From Fibrobacteria bacterium (GTDB lineage: Bacteria > Fibrobacterota > Fibrobacteria > UBA11236), in NCBI GenBank assembly GCA_043766615.1, contig JAYUHW010000337.1:1-57646 (forward strand): DNA of 57,646 nt, read 5' to 3'. Of this stretch, positions 37,956 to 45,480 are shown piece after piece. Below the pieces are notes generated by a model. That model searched no databases, was not told the DNA's origin, and worked only from the letters and a program-made list of their open reading frames with translations. The stretch's first letter is position 1. The number at the start of each line of letters is the position of its first letter. The position numbers and the translations under genes were made by a program.

Positions 37956-38191
37956 CAGTACCGTAAAGCCTCAATCCAAAGCAGATCTTTTCCAGATTCA
38001 AACCGACCATGGTTCAAAGTAAAACTTAACTAAATGAAAGGCATCGTCCATTTGCATGCCACGACTGGCTGCGGGTAGCATGTTATTTTTAAGGCGACTG
38101 CAATTGAAAATCAAGTCCAAATTGGGTAGATTCTGGCCCCTACCGGATCCGGTTTACTGGACCCGGATCTAATCCATCACGACAGGGAACC

Positions 38192-39307
38192 ATGCCTAAG
38201 GTTATGTTGGTCTGCGGGGCCCGCCCCAACTTCATGAAAATCGCTCCGATCATGGATGCGATCCATAAATCGGGTAAGCTGAAACCCGTACTGGTGCATA
38301 CGGGTCAACATTACGATCACAAGATGTCCCACTCCTTTTTTGATCTTCTTGAAATTCCCAAACCCGATATCGATTTGGGTGTCGGTTCCGGCAGCCATGC
38401 CGAGCAAACGGGAAAAATCATGATTGAATTCGAAAAGGTTTGCCTGGAACACAAACCGGATTTGGTGGTTGTAGTCGGCGATGTCAACTCTACCATGGCT
38501 TGCGCCATCGTAGCCAAAAAATTATGGATACCAGTCGCTCACGTGGAAGCGGGTTTGCGTTCTTTCGACATGAAAATGCCAGAAGAGATTAACCGAATGG
38601 TGACGGATTCCATAAGCGATCTTTTCTTCACTACCGATCCTGAAGGCAACAGAAACCTCAAGGGCATGGGCATCAAAGCAACGCAGATTCACTTTGCCGG
38701 CAACGTGATGATCGATACCTTGATGCGCAATCGTCCCAAGGCAGCCAAGAATCCGATTCTCGAATCGCTGGGGATTTCATCCCGTGAATACGGCGTACTC
38801 ACCATGCACCGCCCGTCCAATGTAGATGACAAAGCAGTACTGCTGGGCATGCTGGAGGCGTTTCGGACCATTCAGGAGAAAATCAAACTGGTGTTCGTGG
38901 CTCATCCCAGGACCATGAAAATGATTACCCAATTTGGATTGCTGCCCATGCTGGAGGCCATGCCCAACTTGCTGGTGCGAGAGCCGATGGACTACATGCA
39001 AATGCTCCGGCTCACCGAAAACGCCGCTTTGGTGATTACCGATTCCGGCGGTCTACAGGAGGAAACTACCGTGCTGGGGGTTCCTTGCATTACCATCCGG
39101 GAGAATACGGAGCGGCCGGTGACAGTTACCGAAGGCAGCAATGAAGTGGTTGGAACGCGCACTGAAAAAATAATCGATGCCGCACACCGGGCTCTTTCCG
39201 GCCGCTGGAAAAAAGGTGGTATTCCGGAAGGTTGGGATGGCAAAGCGAGTGAGAGGATAGTCCGGATCATCGAAGACTTTTTCCTCTTGGAACAAAAAGC
39301 GAAATAG
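38192..39307 (+). CDS. wecB: UDP-N-acetylglucosamine 2-epimerase (non-hydrolysing)
   Basis: MPKVMLVCGARPNFMKIAPIMDAI...HTGQHYD, HVEAGLRSFD and DSGGLQEE motifs. Confidence 0.9.
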   Translation: MPKVMLVCGARPNFMKIAPIMDAIHKSGKLKPVLVHTGQHYDHKMSHSFFDLLEIPKPDIDLGVGSGSHAEQTGKIMIEFEKVCLEHKPDLVVVVGDVNSTMACAIVAKKLWIPVAHVEAGLRSFDMKMPEEINRMVTDSISDLFFTTDPEGNRNLKGMGIKATQIHFAGNVMIDTLMRNRPKAAKNPILESLGISSREYGVLTMHRPSNVDDKAVLLGMLEAFRTIQEKIKLVFVAHPRTMKMITQFGLLPMLEAMPNLLVREPMDYMQMLRLTENAALVITDSGGLQEETTVLGVPCITIRENTERPVTVTEGSNEVVGTRTEKIIDAAHRALSGRWKKGGIPEGWDGKASERIVRIIEDFFLLEQKAK

Positions 39308-39316
39308 GAGATAGAA

Positions 39317-40306
39317 ATGGCCGGCAATAAATTTTCCCGCGAAGTACTGAATCTGGACTGCGCCAAAGAGGCGGAAGCCATAGCGGGAAGAATGCGCGAT
39401 TTGCTGACAGGGTTCAAGCGTCGGGGATTCATAATCGCTCTTTCCGGCGGCATCGACAGTTCTGTGACCGCTGCCTTGTGCGTCAAGGCCGTGGGGGCCG
39501 ATAAGGTTTTTGGCCTCCATATGCCCGAACAGGATTCCGCCGCCGAAACCGTTAGCCTAAGCCAATTGGTTTCCACCCACTTTAAGATTGAATCCATTGT
39601 TGAAGACCTATCTCCCATCCTTGAGGCGGTGGGGTGCTATTCACGTCGGGATGCGGCAATCCGGACGGTGGTGCCAGGGTATGGAGTCGGATGGAAATCC
39701 AAAATCGTACTGCCCAATATTTTGGAAAACAAAGGCTTCAACTTTTACTCCGTGGTGGCTCAATCGCCAAGTGGGGAAACCGTCAAGGTACGTCTGCCTT
39801 TGGAGGCCTACCTGGGAGTGGTGGCCGCCACAAATTTCAAACAACGCATCAGGAAGATGCTGGAATACTACCATGCGGATCGGCTTAATTATGCCACGAC
39901 CGGGACGCCGAACCGGCTTGAATACGACCAGGGGTTTTTCGTAAAACTGGGAGACGGCAATGCCGATGTGAAACCCATTGCCCACCTTTATAAGACGCAG
40001 GTCTATCAGTTGGCCGAGTATCTGGAGGTCCCGGAAGTCATCCGTCGCCGGCCACCCACCACAGACACTTATTCTTTGGAGCAGGGTCAGGACGAGTTTT
40101 ACTTCTCTCTGCCCTATGCCCGCATGGACCTTTGCCTTTATGCCAAGAACCACGGCATCACCGCCCAAGAAGCCTCAGAGGCACTGGACCTCAGTCCTGA
40201 ACAGGTGGAAAGGGCCTATAAGGATATCGACACCAAACGAGCAACCACGCGTTTTCTGCATCTTAAGCCGCAATTGGCTTTTCCCGTTCCGGAAATATCC
40301 GTCTGA
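39317..40306 (+). CDS. nadE: NAD synthetase-like PP-loop ATP pyrophosphatase (no glutaminase domain)
   Basis: ALSGGIDSSVTAALCV PP-loop and ATTGTPNRLEYDQGFFVKLGDGNADVKPIAHLYKTQVYQLA, which is typical of the NadE family. It lies between wecB and a glycosyltransferase. Confidence 0.75.
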   Translation: MAGNKFSREVLNLDCAKEAEAIAGRMRDLLTGFKRRGFIIALSGGIDSSVTAALCVKAVGADKVFGLHMPEQDSAAETVSLSQLVSTHFKIESIVEDLSPILEAVGCYSRRDAAIRTVVPGYGVGWKSKIVLPNILENKGFNFYSVVAQSPSGETVKVRLPLEAYLGVVAATNFKQRIRKMLEYYHADRLNYATTGTPNRLEYDQGFFVKLGDGNADVKPIAHLYKTQVYQLAEYLEVPEVIRRRPPTTDTYSLEQGQDEFYFSLPYARMDLCLYAKNHGITAQEASEALDLSPEQVERAYKDIDTKRATTRFLHLKPQLAFPVPEISV

Positions 40307-41454
40307 GAAAAATCCGGGTTCTCCATACCGTTAGCCGGGTTTATCCGTATGCTGGCATGGAGCGTAAGGTAATCCAATTGCTCAACCATTTGGATCGAAA
40401 CCGTTTCGAACTTCACCTTATGAGTCTGGAAGGATTTTATGGAAATCCTTTGGACTACCTCAATGCCGACATTAAGCTCCATTCCCTACAGAAAAGAGCA
40501 GGCGTGCATCCGGTCCTGGCCTTGCAAATGGCCAAAATCTTTCGGCGGGAACGAATCGACATTGTGCATTCCCACAATTGGCCGACCTTGTTCCATTCGG
40601 TGGTGGCCGCGGAGCTGGCCAGGGTGCCGAGTAAGGTACACGGGGAGCATGGCCAGGAGTCCAAAGAAGTTCATCACACTCTAAAAGCGTTGTGGGCCCG
40701 GAAAATCCTGTATGGGCGCGTGGGTCAGGTGGTGGCGGTGGCCAAGGATCTCAAGGCGTTACTGACTAGGGAATTCGGTGTATCTCCAGAAAAGATCAAA
40801 GTCATTGAGAATGGTGTGGACATAGGCAAGTTCGCCAACCTGCCTAGCGTGGAAGAAATTCGAAAAAATTTTAACCTTCCCAGTGACGGGCCCCTTATTG
40901 GTTCTATTGCCCATCTTCGACCCGTCAAGGATGTACCGACCTTGATTCGCGCCTTCGTGCGGGTTTTGAAAAAACATCCGAATGCCAGTCTCGTAGTCGC
41001 GGGCGCTCCGGAGGAACCGGGCGACCCGGTGCATGCGCAAGTGGAACGGTTGATTCAGGAAGCTGACGCCGGCTCCCGGATTTTTTTCATCGGGCAAACC
41101 GAAAACGTACCCGCCCTGCTTTCAGCCCTTTCCATTTATGTGAACAGTTCGCTGACAGAAGGTATGTCGAATACGATTTTGGAGGCCATGGCCGCTGGCC
41201 TGCCTGTCATTGCCTCGGACGTGGGTGGAAATCCAGAATTGGTGGTTCCAGACCAAACCGGTTACCTATTTCCGGCACAAAATGACCAAACCCTGGCAGC
41301 CAGGATTCTGGAATTGCTGGAAAACCCCGAGCAAGGCCATACTATGGGAAAAAAGGGCCGAGCCCGCGTCGAGGAAAGACATGGCTTCAAAAGAATGTTG
41401 ACGGAAAATGCCGCTATGTATGCCGAACTGGCATCCGCGCATACCGATGGATAG
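40303..41454 (+). CDS. Glycosyltransferase family 4 (PEP-CTERM/EpsH1-associated type); start probably non-canonical
   Basis: The first canonical start, ATG 40357, lies inside the conserved GT4 N-terminus. The in-frame upstream sequence reads (L)RKIRVLHTVSRVYPYAGMERKVIQLLNHLD. The open frame begins at 40267. CTG 40303 overlaps the nadE-like TGA. C-terminal SSLTEGMSNTILEAMAAGLPVIASDVGGNPE. Confidence 0.75.
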   Translation: MRKIRVLHTVSRVYPYAGMERKVIQLLNHLDRNRFELHLMSLEGFYGNPLDYLNADIKLHSLQKRAGVHPVLALQMAKIFRRERIDIVHSHNWPTLFHSVVAAELARVPSKVHGEHGQESKEVHHTLKALWARKILYGRVGQVVAVAKDLKALLTREFGVSPEKIKVIENGVDIGKFANLPSVEEIRKNFNLPSDGPLIGSIAHLRPVKDVPTLIRAFVRVLKKHPNASLVVAGAPEEPGDPVHAQVERLIQEADAGSRIFFIGQTENVPALLSALSIYVNSSLTEGMSNTILEAMAAGLPVIASDVGGNPELVVPDQTGYLFPAQNDQTLAARILELLENPEQGHTMGKKGRARVEERHGFKRMLTENAAMYAELASAHTDG

Positions 41455-41530
41455 TTATATTTTTTTCTCTTAGGCCAGAAAAATTCAATCACGCTTTGTA
41501 AATGCAAGGCCTTTCATCCAGGATGGAAAC

Positions 41531-41797
41531 ATGTCAGCTTCGGAAACGGAAATAAAATTACAAGTCAAGGAATTCATCCTCAGCAATTTCTTTCCCGGGA
41601 AAAACTCGGAAGGATTAGGGGATACGACATCCTTTCTGGACGCGGGGATCATCGATTCAACGGGTGTATTGGAATTAGTCGGCTTCATCGAGGAAAAATT
41701 TGGTTTTTCCGTGGACGACAGTGAAATGCTGCCGGAAAATCTCGATTCCTTGAACAGCCTGGCCGTTTATATCGCCAGTAAATCAGGCAAAACCTAG
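41531..41797 (+). CDS. Acyl/aminoacyl carrier protein (phosphopantetheine attachment site), DltC-like signature
   Basis: 88 aa. FLDAGIIDSTGVLELVGFIEEKFGFSV with the attachment Ser in IDS. Confidence 0.85.
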   Translation: MSASETEIKLQVKEFILSNFFPGKNSEGLGDTTSFLDAGIIDSTGVLELVGFIEEKFGFSVDDSEMLPENLDSLNSLAVYIASKSGKT

Positions 41798-41828
41798 GTG
41801 TAAAGGCACCTAGGCATTTGAGCATACA

Positions 41829-42470
41829 ATGATGATTGGACTGTTTCGGGCATTACGTGAAAGGATCTCCCGGTCCTTGGAAATGAATAAGTACAATCGG
41901 TTCACTATAGCCGAATACTTCCGCAAACAAGGTGCACAAGTTGGCGAGGGATGCAGCTTTATAGTCAAGTCCCTGGGAGACGAGCCTTGGTTGGTCAAGA
42001 TAGGCAATCATGTGGCTGTGGCTGACGGCGTCACCTTTGGGACCCATGATGGCGGATGCTGGGTACTCCGCCAGGAAAATCCAAACCTGCAAGCCTATGG
42101 CCCTATCATCATAGAAGACAACTGCGTTATCGGCCAAAACGCATTGATCTTTCTGAATGTTCGCATCGGAGCGGATTCCATCGTGGGAGCCGGATCCGTC
42201 GTCATCGCAGATGTGCCGCCGGGACGCATTGTAATGGGCAATCCTGCCAGGGTAATCGGTTCGGTAGAGAAGTACAAGGAAAAATGCCTGGTTCGATGGG
42301 CGCAACAATGTCCTTCAGATGTGGTCATTGAAGAGGGTCGCACCTGGTGGACGAGCCGCCACTATCCTGAAAACCGCATCAAGCTGCGCCGGCATTTGAC
42401 CAAGCTGTTTTGGGAGGATGGATACCGGGAAAAAATCGAAGGCACTCCAAAGCCGGAGGGTCCAGCATGA
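41829..42470 (+). CDS. Left-handed beta-helix (hexapeptide repeat) acyltransferase
   Basis: Hexapeptide run IIIEDNCVIGQNALIFLNVRIGADSIVGAGSVVIADVPPGRIVMGNPARVI. Confidence 0.8.
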   Translation: MMIGLFRALRERISRSLEMNKYNRFTIAEYFRKQGAQVGEGCSFIVKSLGDEPWLVKIGNHVAVADGVTFGTHDGGCWVLRQENPNLQAYGPIIIEDNCVIGQNALIFLNVRIGADSIVGAGSVVIADVPPGRIVMGNPARVIGSVEKYKEKCLVRWAQQCPSDVVIEEGRTWWTSRHYPENRIKLRRHLTKLFWEDGYREKIEGTPKPEGPA

Positions 42471-43156
42471 AGCAATCCCCGCTTACAATCACCTTGGCAA
42501 TGCTGATAGGAGGCATTATTATGCTGGCCTGTTCCAATTCTTCGGATGCATCTGGCAGAGATGGAAAACGACATGTGCTCCTGTTGGGGGCATCCGTGGG
42601 CTACGGGTGGGATGTTCCGCATTTGACGGATCGCATCGAGGCACCCGGATATGTTTTTGAAATGGTTCCGCATTATCGCTGTGATAAAAGCCCTGCCCTC
42701 GATGAGATACTCATGCGGCCCAAGCGCAAATTCAAACTGACAAAGACCTATTTCCTCGGTTTTTTTCGGGCCGCTCCGCAAAAACCGGATCTGCTCATCA
42801 TCAAGGAATGCGCCGCCTACTTTCCACGCGACATCAAGGAAACCTCCGGCCAGGTAATCCAGTGGCTTTCCCGGATCAAAGCGGCGGGAATCGAACCTGG
42901 TTTGGCGACCATCGTACCGGTCACGGAGGCGCATGCCAAGGGGAAACCGGGGCGGCTGGAATCCATATGGGCCTATAATGATTGGGTGCGTACGTACGCT
43001 GCCGAGAACCATCTCAAGCTTCTGGATCTGGAAAAGGCCCTCAGGATTTCCGAGACAAACCGCTCCCTGCGCCCGGAGTTTACCAGCGGAGACGGCCTCC
43101 ATCTCAATGGGGATGCCTACAAGATTCTGGATCGTATTGTTTTGCCTTCCCTTTGA
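42467..43156 (+). CDS. SGNH/GDSL-family hydrolase lipoprotein
   Basis: ATGA overlap start. Lipobox IIMLACS, block I VLLLGASVGYGW and block V GDGLHLNGDAY. Confidence 0.7.
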   Translation: MKQSPLTITLAMLIGGIIMLACSNSSDASGRDGKRHVLLLGASVGYGWDVPHLTDRIEAPGYVFEMVPHYRCDKSPALDEILMRPKRKFKLTKTYFLGFFRAAPQKPDLLIIKECAAYFPRDIKETSGQVIQWLSRIKAAGIEPGLATIVPVTEAHAKGKPGRLESIWAYNDWVRTYAAENHLKLLDLEKALRISETNRSLRPEFTSGDGLHLNGDAYKILDRIVLPSL

Positions 43157-43179
43157 TCTCCATCGCTGCGACGGATCCT

Positions 43180-44289
43180 ATGCAGGACGGGAGTGGAATC
43201 AAAGAGAGTACGGTTTCTTTTAGAGTATTGAAAAAGAACTTCCTGGTCCAATGCATACGGGGCCGGGAGCTTTGGGCCAGCCAGGACAATTGGGTATTCC
43301 ACTCCGTGGATGCTGGCGAATCTTGGCGCAAGTTGTGCAAGCTGCATCCTAAAAATGTTTCATGGTTCGGCCGGGCCAAAGATTTTGTGCTGCGTTCCTA
43401 CCCTATCCGGCGCTGGCGTAACACCACATCCATAAGTCATGTACAGGTTTTAAATTCGGGAACCCTGATCCTCATCGCGGATAGGATTTATAGGTTCACG
43501 GGCCAGGGCGCTTGGGCCGATCCGGTATTCGATTTTGAACGGGAAGGGATTCATCCACCCTTGACTTGTGGCCTTGGATATTGTGAGGAGGAGGATGTTG
43601 TTGCCTTTGGGGAGTATCAGAATCGAAGGCCCCATTCGGTGGCCATCATCACCGGAAGGCAGGATGGAACCCGTTGGGAAATTGCGTACCGTTTTGTCAC
43701 CGGGGCAGCAAAACACACGCACTCCTTGACATGGGATCCCTTTCGAAAGGGCTTTTGGATTGCTACTGGAGATGATGACCAAGAGTCGGGCCTCCATTTT
43801 ACGGGTGATTTCTTCAAGACCCTGCAAACTCTGGGATCAGGCGATCAGGGATGGCGCATGGTAGGCTTGTTGGTATTGCCTGATTATCTGATATGGGGTT
43901 CGGATGCAGGTAAGGATGCTCCTCGGGATTTTTTGAACCATATCTATCGGTGGGATTTCGCCTCTGGATCCCGGATCCGGTTGGCGCCACTCGACAATCC
44001 GGCCTACTTTGCCTCCAGGCTGACCGGCGGTGGAATGGTTCTGGTCACGACCTTTGAGCCGGAACCCGCATTAGCCCGGCCTCAAGAAGCAGCGCTCTGG
44101 CATTCACGTGATGGAAAGACCTGGAAAAAAATTCTGGCATTTCCGCATCTTGCCGTAAAACGGACCTATGGGTCCCGGTATGCGATGTTAAATCTGCCTG
44201 CCGGCATCCAACCCGAAGACGCAGTATTTTGTACGCCCATGAATGTGGTCGGGCAAGATTTTCGGTTACTTAAAGTGAGCCTGCCGTGA
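43180..44289 (+). CDS. Asp-box (BNR) beta-propeller protein, sialidase-like fold
   Basis: Preferred start MQDGSG at 43180. Two Asp-boxes, HSVDAGESW and HSRDGKTW. No signal peptide is obvious. Confidence 0.5.
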   Translation: MQDGSGIKESTVSFRVLKKNFLVQCIRGRELWASQDNWVFHSVDAGESWRKLCKLHPKNVSWFGRAKDFVLRSYPIRRWRNTTSISHVQVLNSGTLILIADRIYRFTGQGAWADPVFDFEREGIHPPLTCGLGYCEEEDVVAFGEYQNRRPHSVAIITGRQDGTRWEIAYRFVTGAAKHTHSLTWDPFRKGFWIATGDDDQESGLHFTGDFFKTLQTLGSGDQGWRMVGLLVLPDYLIWGSDAGKDAPRDFLNHIYRWDFASGSRIRLAPLDNPAYFASRLTGGGMVLVTTFEPEPALARPQEAALWHSRDGKTWKKILAFPHLAVKRTYGSRYAMLNLPAGIQPEDAVFCTPMNVVGQDFRLLKVSLP

Positions 44290-45458
44290 CAGTCTCCTAT
44301 CCGGTTCCTGCTATGGTCCTGGGCTTGGACATCAACGGTCTTACCGTAGTTCGCGCCTTGGGGCGACACGGTGTTCCCGTGATCGGTGTAACAGATCACC
44401 CCGAGCATCCGGGTTGTTTCTCAAAATACCTGCGCGAGATCCGTCCCGGTACCCTCACAGATGCCGCTTTGGCGCGAACCCTGCTGGACTGGGATTGGCC
44501 GACCGCGGAGCATAGGCCTGTGCTATTCCCCACCACTGACCGAACCGTCGAAATCCTGGCTGGGCATTATCAGGCTCTTTCGCAAAAGTATCGCCTGCCT
44601 TTCGGCCCACCCGATTTGGCACTCACCCTATTGGACAAAAGACTCTTTCACCCCCTAGGTGAGCAGGCAGGCCTGAATATGCCTAAAAGCCAGTACTTTC
44701 GGGCAGGAGAAAATCCGGAATTTTGGAAGGAGTATCCAATGCCGGCGATAGTGAAAAGCTGTCGGAAGATTTACAATCAAACCGGCCAGGACCGTCTGCC
44801 CAAGGCCAAAATCGTATCCAGCCGTGAAGATGCCTTGAAGTGGGTACAGAAATACGTCAGCCATGGGCATGATTGTACACTCCAGCAATTTATCGGCGGT
44901 GGGGATTCGGATGTGTATTTTGTGCTGGGATATTTCGATGAGCGCGGAGAAGCATTGGTTACCTATTCAGGTCGAAAGCTTCGACAATGGCCGATAGGCA
45001 CAGGGGGTACCGCTTCAGCCGCCCCGGCCGAGGAGCCATCCCTGATGAAAAGTACCTGTGATTTCTTCCGGGCAATGCGATGGCAGGGCCTCGCTTCCAT
45101 GGAATACAAGCGCAACCCCAGTGACGGACAATACTATGCCATCGAGCCTACCATAGGCCGGTGCGATTTCCAGGAAGGCTTGGCCATCGGCAACGGTGTG
45201 AACATCCCCATGGTTGCCTATCGCCACGCCATGGGACTGTCTCCGGACCAGGCCTTGCATCAAGTCCGGTCATCCAAACCCTGGATTTGTTTCGACGCGG
45301 ATTACAATGCGATATCCAAGACAGCCACGCTCAGAATGGATTGGCTTCGCTGGCTTCTATTCTTTTTGGGGCCAGTAACGCATAGCATTTTCAACCTTGC
45401 CGATCCTAAACCATTTCTGCGTTACATGGCTGCACGGTTCGGTAGAGAGGATAAATAA
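44286..45458 (+). CDS. ATP-grasp carboxylate-amine/thiol ligase family protein
   Basis: GTGA overlap. VLGLDINGLTVVRALGRHGVPVIGV N-terminus, LQQFIGGGDSDVY, and ASMEYKRNPSDGQYYAIEPTIGR (the E-x-N-type Mg/ATP region). Confidence 0.7.
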   Translation: MTVSYPVPAMVLGLDINGLTVVRALGRHGVPVIGVTDHPEHPGCFSKYLREIRPGTLTDAALARTLLDWDWPTAEHRPVLFPTTDRTVEILAGHYQALSQKYRLPFGPPDLALTLLDKRLFHPLGEQAGLNMPKSQYFRAGENPEFWKEYPMPAIVKSCRKIYNQTGQDRLPKAKIVSSREDALKWVQKYVSHGHDCTLQQFIGGGDSDVYFVLGYFDERGEALVTYSGRKLRQWPIGTGGTASAAPAEEPSLMKSTCDFFRAMRWQGLASMEYKRNPSDGQYYAIEPTIGRCDFQEGLAIGNGVNIPMVAYRHAMGLSPDQALHQVRSSKPWICFDADYNAISKTATLRMDWLRWLLFFLGPVTHSIFNLADPKPFLRYMAARFGREDK

Positions 45459-45480
45459 TGACAACCGGAAGGAGCCCTAA

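Noticed and set aside
38060-38095. TGGCAT and TGGCTG...AGCA sigma-54-like strings in the wecB/DltD-like divergent intergenic region
   Set aside because: The GG-to-GC spacing is off by one, or the GC is missing. Sigma-54 promoters tolerate little spacing variation.
42362-43102. Long antisense ORFs opposite confident genes: 42362-43102 (246 aa), 13707-14399 (230 aa), 38992-39618 (208 aa), 54139-54762 (207 aa), 15128-15697 (189 aa) and 34212-34748 (178 aa)
   Set aside because: These are shadow ORFs on the opposite strand of genes with clear family motifs. Their translations are Arg/Pro/Gly-rich with no motifs.
42982-43179. Upstream extension of the Asp-box protein ORF, and the 42410 start of the SGNH ORF
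   Set aside because: Both extensions overlap the preceding, well-supported genes in another frame. The internal starts (43180 and 42467) give sensible N-termini, with a lipobox for the SGNH protein.
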